Source: Callorhinchus milii (lineage: Eukaryota). Taken from it: 64,000 bases of DNA. Positions within the stretch are counted from its first letter, which is position 1. Each line of letters opens with the position of its first letter. The notes under the pieces were generated by a model that ran no database searches, was not told the origin of the DNA, and saw only the letters and a list, made by a program, of their open reading frames with translations. The position numbers were made by a program, and so were the translations under genes. This document shows, one piece after another, positions 1-10,471 of this stretch. Where the stretch lies: NCBI RefSeq assembly GCF_018977255.1, contig NW_024704743.1, positions 23,376,001 to 23,440,000 on the forward strand, read 5' to 3'.

Positions 1-380
1 ACTTGAAATCCTACATCCATCTCTTAATCTGCATGAATCAACACTCCTCAAAATGGTTATTTTTGAGAGTGTGAAGATTGGTAACTTTGGAGGATAATGG
101 ACACAGAGCGTCTTTCTTGCACTCAATGATAGGAGTCCCAGTATCCTGCACGAATGTATTAACATTTATAATGGACAGTCCTTTCATTTTATGTGAGGCT
201 TCTCTTATTTTGGCCAGGTTGTGTGCCAGCACCAGCTGTTAGCGCTGTTGCCAACATCTCAGTGGATTCTCTGTTCTCGATGTGTGACATATAAAAAAAA
301 TCACCATTGTAGTGCAATTACTTCAAGTCACTTGAGAAATAATCTGTAGTTGAATAAATTATTGGAAATGTCTTGTGTAT

Positions 381-3300
381 TAGAATCATAGAACTATACA
401 GCACAGAAGGAGGCCATTCGACCCATCGTTTCTGTCCCAGCTCTTTAAAAAGAGCTACCAAATCAATTCCATTCCCCGCTCTCTCCCCATAGCCCTGCAA
501 ACCTATCCTCCTCAAATAATTATCTAATTCTCTCTTAAAAGTTGTTATCGAATCGGCTTCCACCACCATTTCAGGCAATGCATTCCAGATCCGAACTCAC
601 TGCGTGAAAAAATTTCTCCTAACCTCCCCTCTGTTTCTTTTAACAACTATTTTAAATTGGTGCCCTCGGGTTACCGACCCAACCGCCAGTGGAAATAATT
701 TTTCCTTGTTCACCCTTTCGAATCCTCTCATAATTTAGAAAATTTCTATTATAAAGACTCCTCTTAACCTTCTCTGCTCCAAGGAGAATAATCCTAGCTT
801 CTCTAACCTCTCTGGATAACTGAAGTCCCTCATTCCTGGTACCATTCTGGTAAATCTCCTTTGCACCCTCTCCAATGCTTTGACATCCTTCCTAAAGTGT
901 GGTTCCCAGAGCTGAACACAGTACTCCAGCTGAGGTCTAACCAGTGTTTTATAAAGGTTCATCATAACTTCCTGACTTTTGTGTTCTATGTCCCCATTTA
1001 TAAAGCCTGGTATCCTATATAGTTTTTTTTAACACTTTATCTACCTGTCCTGCCACCTTCAAAGATTTACTTATATGACCCCCCAGGTCTCTCTGTTCCT
1101 TCACCCCCTTTAAGATTGTACCATCATCTTATATTCCTCATTCTTCCTCCCAAAATGCATCACTTTGTATTAATCCGCATTAAACTTCATCTGCCACGTG
1201 TCTGCCCATTTTACCAGTCTGTCTGTATCACTTTGCAGTCTGCTGCTATCCTCCTCACTGTTTATTACTTTTCGTAGCTTAGTATCATCTGCAAACGTGG
1301 AGTCCTGTAGCTCAGTGGTTAGAGCACTCGCTTTGCAAGTGAGAGACCTGAGTTCAATTCCAGGCAGGTCAGGGCGAAACCTTGGGCAAGTTTCCTTACT
1401 CCACACAGAGCCTACTAATAATCCCTCCAAAGCTAAAAACAATAATTAAATTGGTCATTTTCAATCTACGACTGTTTGTGGGACATTGCTGTGCGCAATT
1501 GGCTGCCGCGTTCGCCCACAAATATACAGTCAATTCACTTTACAGTGTGTTCTGTGAAGCGCTTTGGGACGTCCTCCCGACGTGAAAAGCGCTATATCAA
1601 ATGCAAGGATTATTATTATTATTATTATCATTAAACTTGGAAATTGTACTCCCTATACCCAAGTCCAGGCCATCTATATAGATTAAAAACAGCAGTGGTC
1701 CCAAATACTGACCCCTGGGGGACACCACTGCACATTTCCCTCCAGTCGGAAAAACAACTGTTTACCATTCATTACTCTCTGCTTTCTGTCTCCGAGCCAG
1801 TTCTGTGTCCATGCTCCCACTGTCCTTTTAATATTGTGGGTTTCTATTTTGCCCAAAAGTTTCTTATGTGGCACTTTATCAAACGCCTTTTGAAAATCCA
1901 TATAAACTACATCAACTGCGCTACCTTCATTCACCCTCTCCATTACTTCATCAAAATATTATCAGGTTTGTTAGACATGATTTGCCTTTAACAAATCCGT
2001 GTTGGCTGTCCTTCATTAACTCATATTTTTCTAAGTGAAAATGTATTTTGCCCCGGATTATAGTCTCTAGATGTTTCCCCACTACTGACGTTAGACTGAC
2101 CGGCCTGTAGTTCCTGGGTTTATCCTTCTGCCCCTTGTTGTACAGAGGAGTAACATTTGCAACCCTCCAGTCCTCTGGCATCACCCCGGTGTCGAAGGAG
2201 GATTGAAGGATTATGGCCAGAGCCTCCATTATTTCCACCCTTACTTCCCTCAGAAACCTAGGATGCATCCCGTATGGACCGGGTGACTTGTCTACCTTGA
2301 GCACCGACAACCTTTTTAGCATCTCCTCTCGGTTTATTCTTATTTTATCCAATTTCTCTACCCTCTCCTCCGATACTGTGGCATTGGCTGCATCCTCTCT
2401 TTTGTGAAGACAGATGCAAAGTACTGAATTCGGTATGCCAGCTGTGCTCTCTGCCTCCACAAGAAGAGCTCCTCTTTGTTCCCTAATTGGACCCACCCTA
2501 TCTTTGACTAACCTTTTTTCCTATATGAAAGGTGCTATACAAATGTAATTTTGTTGTTGTTGTTTATATATTTATAAAATACCTTAGGGTTCCCTTTTAT
2601 GTTACCTGCTAATCTTTTCTCACACAATCTCTTTGTCTCTCTTATTTCCTTTTTCAGTTTTCTCTGTACTTTTTATATTCTATTTGATTATCTTCTATGT
2701 TTTGGACCTGACATTTATCGTAAGCCTCCTTTTCCTGTTTTATTTTAATCCCAATTTCCTTATTCATCCAGGGAGGTTTGGATGTCCTTCCTTTCCCCTT
2801 TGTAGGAATGTATTTGTTCTGTCCCGTTAGCTGTTTTATCTACCAATCTTTCTTTCCAGTCCACCTTGGCTTAGGTCCTTTTTTAACTCATTGAAATTAA
2901 CTGTCTTGCAGTTGAATATCATCACCTTTGATTGCTTCTTGTCCCTTACCTTAAGTACTTCAAACCTAATGATGTTTTGATCACTGTTGTCCAGATGCAC
3001 TCCTACTGAAACCTGCTCCACTTGCTTTGCTTAATTCCCCAGAACTGGATCCAGCACTGCTTTCTTCTTTGTTGGGTTGGAAACATACTAATCAGAAAGT
3101 TATCCTGCACACATTTTAGGAATCCTTCCCCCTCCTTATCCTTTGCATGGTTATTTTACCAGTCTATGTCAGGCTAATTGAAGTCCCCCACTATCACTAC
3201 TCTATTGGTTTTGCATCTTTCTGAAGTCTGCTTGCAGATTTGCTCATCTATCTCCTTCCCACTATATGGTGGTCTATGGTATACATCTAAAAGAGTAGCA

Positions 3301-3620
3301 GCTCCTATTCTGCTCCTTAACTCTAACCAAATAGATTAGTTTTTTGGACAGTGTAGCACATCGTCCCTTTCCAGGGCAATAACTATGTCTTTAATCAATA
3401 TTGCCACCCCCTCTCCTTTTTTTCCCCTTCCCTATCACTCCTGAATACATTGTAGCCAGGAATATTCAACTGCTATTCGTGCCTATGTTTGAACCAGGAC
3501 TCTGTTATTCCACTAAATCATAACCCCATGTGGCAACCAACTTGAGCCTGCAGCTCACCAATCTTATTTGTCACACCTTGTGCATTTATGCACATGCATT
3601 CCAAGACTGACTTAGTCTTT
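381..3620 (-). mobile_element. CR1-clade LINE, decayed copy spanning most of ORF2 (APE endonuclease + RT) and the 3' tail
   Basis: Minus-strand fragments: CMCINAQGVTNKIGELQ..ITESW (~3490-3600, EN N-terminus), KSPGPYGMHPR, WRVANVTPLYNKG, NYRPVSLTSVVGK, QHGFVKGKSCLTNL, VDVVYMDFQKAFDKVPH, FADDTKL, LVRPQLEYCVQLW. CR1-type tail (rc of TAGAATCATAGAA) at ~381-395. Multiple frameshifts and stops. Confidence 0.95.
1299..1632 (+). mobile_element. tRNA-derived Deu-domain SINE (family A, short variant), full length, inserted in the CR1
   Basis: Box A TAGCTCAGTGG, box B GAGTTCAATTCC, anticodon-like arm CTCGC-TTTGCAA-GTGAG, core TGTTTGTGGGACATTGCTGTGCGCAATTGGCTGCCGCGTT, L2-like tail, (TTA)n end, flanking AAAC repeat. 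Confidence 0.93.
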
Positions 3621-4229
3621 TCTGCATTTCTCCCCGTCTAATCCCTCCTTTTTCTGGATTACTCCTTATTACATTGCTATTCATCTCCCCCAACCCTCTA
3701 TCTAACTATTGAATGGAGATTAAAAAGATCTTTGAATGCTTTCTGTAAAACTTAAAAAGCTTGTGCTTAAAGAGGGAGATTCGCAGAGAGCAAGAGATGG
3801 ATGTAGGATTTCAAGTGACAAGCATTTCAAAAAAAGCAAGGTTGGATAATTTTAGATGTCCTTTAGCACACTCTTGACAGAATTCTGTCAGTTACAAGAA
3901 CAAGGTTTGAGTAATTACTGGAGCCACGGAGTGTGTTGCAGTCCTGAACAGACTCCAAAATGTTGTCTTCATCTAAATTGTATCAGAGTTTTAATCGTCT
4001 ATTTAAAACCGTCTTTTGGCCACTGACGTTGTCTTGGTGGCTTTGCATCATGACAATGCCATGATAAGTAACATTGGTGGTAACACGTTACTTTTAGGAT
4101 TAAAGGTGTTGTCATAGTGATTTCAGAGCAAGTTCCAAGTGTGGTTCAGCAACTCCACAATAGTAACAACTGTGATTTGTAAAAGCAGACATGGAGATGC
4201 ACGTTGATGACACTCCATTGCTGTACTGG

Positions 4230-4430
4230 TTGAGTGCGAGATTCTTGGAAGTGCCATCTTCTGAGTTGTACGTTAAACCGTAGTCCTGTCTTCTTGTTCA
4301 GTGGATGTGTAATATGACATTATTCTAAAAGAGATGGGAGTTTTTCCACAATTTCCTTGCCAACATTACTCCTGATCAAATGGTTATTCAAATAGTTGCT
4401 ATGTTTGTCTGCAAAATATAGTAGCTATAA
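4230..4430 (+). mobile_element. Old Deu-SINE family B fragment
   Basis: Degenerate match (GTGCCATCTT..GTTAAACCG..CTGTC..GTTCAGTGGATGT) to the bodies of the copies at 59138 and 60500. Confidence 0.5.
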
Positions 4431-4439
4431 TAATAATTC

Positions 4440-4845
4440 TCACATTTGGTGAAGGGCCTTTCATTTTAGGAGGACATCGTCCCTTCACAGGATATACTGC
4501 AAAGCGAAGTGACCGTATGCCCTATGGGTGAATGTGGCACCCAATTTGAACACAGGAATTTTCCACAAACAGCTATAGAATGAATGACTGATTTTACTTT
4601 GGGGATTGTTAGCCAGGACACAGGGAGAAACTTCCTTCTCTTTTCGAATAGCGTTATGGGATCTTTAATGTCCACCTCAACAGGCAGGCGGGGGTCTTGG
4701 TTTAGCGTCTCATCCGAAGGACAGCACCTCTAGTAATGCAGTAAATCCTCAGTACTGCATTGGAGTGTCAGCTTAGACTATATTAGTTCCAAGTCCTCAT
4801 TCGGGGCTTGATAGCATGACTCAGAGGCGCGAGTGCTTTCAACCA
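4440..4845 (-). mobile_element. tRNA-headed Deu-SINE family B (SacSINE1/AmnSINE1-like body)
   Basis: Plus-strand text GGGATCTTTAATGTCCACC..CTCATCCGAAGGACAGCACCTC..TGGAGTGTCAGC..GGGGCTTGA..TGACTCAGAGGCGCGAGTGCT recurs at ~34620, ~45250 and ~63130. Confidence 0.85.
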
Positions 4846-5049
4846 TTGATGATACTCCATTGTAGTGCTGGTGCTCAGGTGACACATTCAGAATAATAAT
4901 GCTTGCATTCGTTATCATTTTTCCATGTATGGCGTACGTTATGTTTGGTATAGCATATTTATTATACTAGTAAATACTAGTGAAGTGCTCCCAAAGACAT
5001 TTCAACCTGATGTGTTGCTATAAAAATACAATTTCTTCATTCTAACTTA

Positions 5050-5395
5050 TTGGACCTGGGTTCAAATCTCACATAGATTGATGGGTTGATTATTTTCTTG
5101 CTATCTGTGCGATCCTAAGTGAAATAAGGTTCAGAAACTCTGAACAGGCCATAGTTTGACATTAATAGGAAGCCTTGTTCAACCTACTTGAATGATTAAT
5201 GCTGTGGATTGAAAGTGTCATAGTGGTGCACAAATCTTTTAAGTAATCTGGTGCTCTTTGACATTGAAATGGAGACTACTTGTTGGAACAGTGCTGGAGG
5301 GTGCTTTACTGTGCAATTAACCTGACCTAAAAACACTTTCTATTGTAAATAGGTTCAAAAGTTTGGGCAAGTATCATTTCCTGGCATTCATCCAG
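5050..5395 (+). mobile_element. Very old SINE-like relic, possibly LF-SINE-related
   Basis: Box-B-like GGGTTCAAATC, then CCTAAGTGAAATAAG and GGAGGGTGCTTTACTGTGCA motifs that resemble shark SINE-like repeats as I remember them; single degraded copy. Confidence 0.35.
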
Positions 5396-5986
5396 TCATG
5401 TAGAGTTTCATTTAGCAGGTTAAATGCTTTGAGTTCAGCTAGTTTGCATGTCGTCATACCTGAGCACTTTGCTACCTGAGGATTCTGCTTCAGTCACTTA
5501 TAATTTGGGGGAGGGGAAAGAGCGGCAAGAAAGCTTTCCACCATGACAATCATAATTATTTAATTATGCGATTCTTTATAATTTACAATGAAGTGAGTAA
5601 AGATTGCAGTCACACGGTCTGATAAGTGCGGAATGACACGCAGTACATTTTTAATATATTGATGGTTTAGTGCAGCCAGGAAGGAATGATCTTTTTAAAT
5701 TAATTTAAGTGCTCAAATGTTACGATTTAAGAATGCTATCGTAACAAGCTTGCTGCATCTGCCAGTGTTAACAAATATTTTTCAATAGGCAAAGTTGCTT
5801 TTCTTGTATCTGATGATTTGGACTATTTGAGGAAAACTCATATGAACAGCAGACTTAGGATGTTAGACAGTTCAGTTGATGGGGTTGTAACTCTGGAATA
5901 AATCAGACGAAATTGTCACCAAAGATGAAAGTATTTTTCTAAAAGGGGTATTACTTATGAAGCACCTTAAGCCATTTGGGTGCTAT

Positions 5987-6780
5987 AACAACAACTTGCA
6001 TTTATGTAGCGCCCTGTAGCATCCCAGAGCACCTGACAGTGGCAGAGTCTGACTCTGAGCCAGTGGGAGAGGAGTGGGGAGGTGACCCTAAGCATAAAGG
6101 AAGTTATTTAGGCGGGATTTGAATTTGGGGAGGGAAGGGGCAAGGCGGAGGGATTGAGGGAGAAAGTTCCAGAGTTTCGGGGTGTAGTGGCTCAAGGTAC
6201 GGCCACCGATGGTGGAGTGGAGGGGATTTAGGGATGAACAGAAGGCTGGAGGCAGCCGAGCGGAGACAGAGAGTGGGAAGTGGGGGATAAGGAAATCGGA
6301 TAGATAAGGAGGTGTGAGGGCATGAAAGGATTTGAAAATGAGTGAGAGGATCTTGAAATCAATCCTTTCAGCAATTGGAAGCCAGTGGAGCCTGGCAAGA
6401 CTGTTGTGATGGGGGTGCAGAGTTTTGTGCGGGTGAGAGTTCTGAATTAGTTGTATTTTATGTAATGTGGGGCTGGGGGGACCAGCGAGGAAGCCATTGC
6501 ACTAGTCCGTCCGGGAAGGGACGAAGGTGTGGACGAGGGTATTGGCTGCTTTTGTTGTGAGGTACAGTCAGTGGTGGGCAATGGGACTGAGGTGCAAAAA
6601 AGTGGTCCTGGTCAGGGAAAGGGTGCGGGTTAGAAAGGAAAGCTGGGGATCGAACCTGATGCCTAAATTGTGCATGGGTTTAGTGAGTTTAAGGAAGAGC
6701 CCATGGAGGTCGAGGAGTTCTGACACCAGGAGAGAAGACATTGACGGGACAATAAGTATGGCTTCTATCTTGCCGACAGA
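5987..6780 (-). mobile_element. L2-clade LINE, 5'-truncated (tail type B)
   Basis: ORF remnant KPMHNLGIRFDPQLSF; (CAA)n-CTTGCATTTATGTAGCGCCC tail complement at ~5987. Confidence 0.88.
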
Positions 6781-7162
6781 AGATGGAAACCATACACTAC
6801 TATAAGATAGCTGTTGCACCAAATGGAAAGATATAGTGTATTTTCTTTTTTCCTGTGGCTTCAAAAAGAGGATGAATTTAGAGCTGGAGCTGATTGTGAA
6901 ATTGTCAAATGGATCTTTCTTGAACCCATTTTAGATCAGGTCTGTTAGAATATTCTTTGTACAAAGCCATATCTTTCATACTGAAAATGTAACTCATCAG
7001 TTTGTACATCAAATCTTGTATAAGATTCTGCAGGGTGATCAAAAAGTCATAATATCTAGCTTATTATCTTAAAAAAATCATAATTTCCTTAAGACTTATT
7101 AGACATTGTAATGGTATCACCACTTTTTGGTCACCCAGTAGTTACGACAAGGCTTTTACTAC

Positions 7163-7442
7163 TAATAATAATAACAATAATCCTTGCATTTGATATAAAG
7201 ACTTATCATGTCTTCAAGATATCTCAAAGCGCTTCACATAATATACTGTAAAGTGAATTGACTGTATATTTTTGCGGGCAAAACGTGGCAGCCAATTGCA
7301 CACAGCAGTGTTCCACAAACAGTCGTGGATTGAACTGACCAATATATTATTACTATTATTATTTGTAGGAATTATTACCTCTGGAAAAGCAATTTGCCAA
7401 TCGACTAATAACCCGGTTTCTACTTACTGCTAGGTAAACAAG
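7163..7442 (-). mobile_element. SINE family A, 5'-truncated
   Basis: (TAA)n TCCTTGCATTTGATATA..GGCAGCCAATTG..ACTTACTGCTAGGTAAACA. Confidence 0.9.
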
Positions 7443-8109
7443 CAAGTTTATAGTGGTTTGAAATCAGAGAGTCAAAAGTACAGTATATCCAAATGGATTA
7501 CTCAAATATGCATTCTGAATGGAGATTCTTTCTGGTAACTGGCATAGATATGCATTGACGAAAAGGAGGTACTTGTTAGCTAAACTTGTTTGCTCTTCCA
7601 AAGCTAGGCTCCTGCTGGATCGACGCACCCCATATTATGCTTGAATTGAAGTGTTCTGAAACTCAGTTGCTGTGGATAGATAAAATTGGAAACAATCAAG
7701 GCTATGATTATAAACCTGGGAGTTTGCGATCAGAATTGTTTTGAGGTTTATCGGCATACTCTTCACATCACCCACAATCTCCATTAGGCATCCTCAGATC
7801 ATGCCAGAGCGTGTGTTGCAATTCAGTGTATTTTCATTGCAGTACATTCAGTAGTTTGCAAATTCTCTCAGTTAATCCATCTAGAGAGGCCAGAGATGTA
7901 TCGCCAATGTGTGCTGAAGAGCACTAGACAAACTGTTGGAACTGATTCTTTGAACAGATCTGTTGTCATTAATATTTATTGAATTTTTACATTGCATTTA
8001 CAGTATTCATAAACTTTAACAGTTTTAACACTAAACCTTTCAAAATCTGATGCTGCTGCAGGTCTGCTAAATGTGTTGCATGTGTATAACTGTGTTTCTC
8101 TTCTTTTGG

Positions 8110-8345
8110 TGTCAGGCTGGCTCAGTAGGTGGCACTCTTGCTTTTGGGTCAGAAAGTTGTGAGTTCAAGCTCTGAGTTCAAGTGTCTGGGTTTACACTTC
8201 AGTGCAGCACGAGGCAATGCATTGTATTGGCAGGGGTGCTATCCTTTGATGAGATGTTGAACTAAGGTTCATTTTGCCTGTCCTCAGCTTGATGTTAAAG
8301 ATCCCATGACACCATTTGAAATGAGAAGGGAGTTTCTCCCAACCT
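8110..8345 (+). mobile_element. SINE family B, 5' portion
   Basis: GTCAGGCTGGCTCAGTAGG (box A), GAGTTCAAGC (box B), TTAAAGATCCCATG body. Confidence 0.75.
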
Positions 8346-8362
8346 TGCAGGATAAATGGTCA

Positions 8363-9610
8363 TTATTTTTAGTGAGCTGGGTGTCCGACACAGGGGGAAA
8401 CCCCTCACCATGCTTAAGAGTATCCAAACCAAACTGAGAATTCCATGCATCCCACCTACACATGGAAATTCCAGAGAAATTGTTGGAATGGAACGTACTC
8501 TCTCTCCCTGGAAGGATGCATCCTGCTTACCTAATTTCAGAAAGCATTAGGCGCAGGTTAGGGTGAGCCAAGAGCCAAGGCTTCATGACCCCAAAGTGTG
8601 CTTTGGGGTACTGCTGGAGTTTAACCAGCTAAAACGGCATAGCTTGCCATTGACAACATTGGCTCCCATCAACATCTTCACTCCTGCGGATCTGAACTCC
8701 TCAACGTTCCTGGGCTCTCCCTCACACTCACCGAACCAGTGCGTAACCTAGGCATCCGGTTCAACTGCCAACTGTTCTTCCTCCCCCACATCCGGTCTCT
8801 GACCAGGACCGCCTTCTTCTACCTCCACCACATTGCCCGCCTCCAACTGTACTCCAAATGTAGCTGAAACCTCATGCGTGCATTTGTCACTTCCTGCTTG
8901 GATTATTCCTATGCACACCTCGCCGGTCTCCCCAGCTCCACCATTCACAAGATCCAGCTCATTCAAAACTCTGCCGCCCACATACTGGCCTAGACAAAAC
9001 TCCGTACCCACATCTCACCAGTTCTGGCCCAGGCTCCACTGGCTCCCCATCACCGAACGGATAAACTTCAAGATCCTCACTCTCGTGTTCAAATCCCTTC
9101 ACTCCCTGACACCTCCCTACCTCTCCGACCTCCTCATTCCCCAATCCACCTCCGCTCGACTGGCACCTGCTTCCTGCTTGTCCCTCGCACCCTCTGCTCC
9201 ATCATCGGACGTCATGCTTTCAGCCACTACGCCCCAAAACTCGCCCTCAGTCCCTCAGCCTTTCCCCCTCTCTCCCCTCTTTCAAGTCCTGCCTGAAAAC
9301 CTTCTTCTTCGACCGTGCTTATGGCCACCTCCCCCAGCTGCCAATGTTAAGCGCTCTGATACACTACCCTGCATGGAGGGCATATTATTAGTGCAAGTTG
9401 CCTCTGTTGTTGTAGCTGTTGAACTGAATTTTGCAGTGCTAACAGGAGGTGGGTCGGTGGAGTCCCTATCCCTAGTCATTGTCTGCGCTTCCAAGGCCTG
9501 CCGATCATCTAGCTTGGCCTTGCTGTCATCAGCTGTGTGCAGGAGTACTGCGGACCTGTCTGGCTCAGGAACTGGACAGCTGAGACCACTACTGAGACTT
9601 GGCTCAATTC
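8363..9610 (-). mobile_element. Unnamed dispersed repeat family C, split by the L2 at ~8665-9415
   Basis: 8363-8660 matches 10472-10606, and in reverse 47810-48062 and 61553-61760. 9430-9510 matches 12240-12290, and in reverse 48220-48306 and 58930-59000. Confidence 0.75.
8665..9415 (+). mobile_element. L2 LINE, 5'-truncated (type B)
   Basis: RLHWLPITERINFKILTLVFKSLHSLTPPYLSDLL; tail AAGCGCTCTGATACACTACCCTGCATGGAGGGCA..(TTG)n. Confidence 0.92.
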
Positions 9611-10471
9611 TGACATTCCATTGTCTAACATGTCACCAGGGCAGTCGGCCATTGGGAATTTTAATTAATGGAAAGCACAGAATATATTTCTTGGATTTTA
9701 GATTGACACCTTTTCAGAGACGACATGTTGGGGTTCCAATTTGCAAAGGGGATGGGAATGCCAATTGCGGTCTGTGAGTGAGGGTATTGTGGGTGTCCTT
9801 TCACCTCTGAAAAGTTTTAAAAGTGATTTTAGTGCACTAAAATAGGTTATGTTTCTTCCCTCTGTTGTGTTATTTTTTATATAAATGCCTCTAAAGACTT
9901 TTGTCTCCAAAGGTAAAATGTGTGTTGTATTGCTCTACTTGATTACTTTATGCATTAATTGAATCTGCTAACAGTATAAGTTTATAATTAAAAGTACCTG
10001 ATGAATGAAATGATATTCCAGCAATGTGATGCTCAAGATTTATTAAAGTGGGCTGCTGTTATATCCCGATTGCAAAAATAAAATAATTTCCTAATTTAAT
10101 TGCTTGTTTGTCTTTCCATATTTTCTTCAGCTATCAGGTAGCACTCAAGTGAAAAAAATAGGCTGATTTGTTGATGCTAGATAGAGGCTGACAAGTTATG
10201 AATTTAATTCAACCAGTGAGTTTCTGTGTTTTTTAATTTCATTAATTTCACTGAACCATGGAGTCTGATCTGTTTTGACTTGTGGTTGGGAAGGTCAGAT
10301 TTTGCCTGCACTTTTATAATTCAGTAGCCAGTATGAAAGTAGCAACAAGTTGATGCATGAGGTGGGAGAAATAGTTGGATTATACAGAAGTGGTAACTTG
10401 AATTCTAGTGGTCAAATTCCATTCGCTGGCATAAACAAGCTAAGGACCAAACTCAAATTTACAGGATATCA

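Noticed and set aside
38..290. Minus-strand 64-aa ORF at the window start
   Set aside because: No recognisable homology or convincing splice signals.
1299..1375. tRNA-Ala gene (also 45919, 47384, 53289)
   Set aside because: No paired acceptor stem; continues directly into the SINE body and occurs as many diverged copies.
735..2496. Retron, group II intron or defence-type reverse transcriptase
   Set aside because: Motifs, APE domain and 3' tail are typical of CR1 LINEs, and the frame is broken.
8833..9777. Longest ORF (314 aa) as a gene
   Set aside because: Chance read-through across frameshifted L2 sequence, its tail and family C; only a short stretch is in the L2 frame.
10121..10145. 7-nt micro-exon TTTTCTTCAG|CTATCAG|GTAGCA
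   Set aside because: Weak donor, frame-shifting length, expected by chance.
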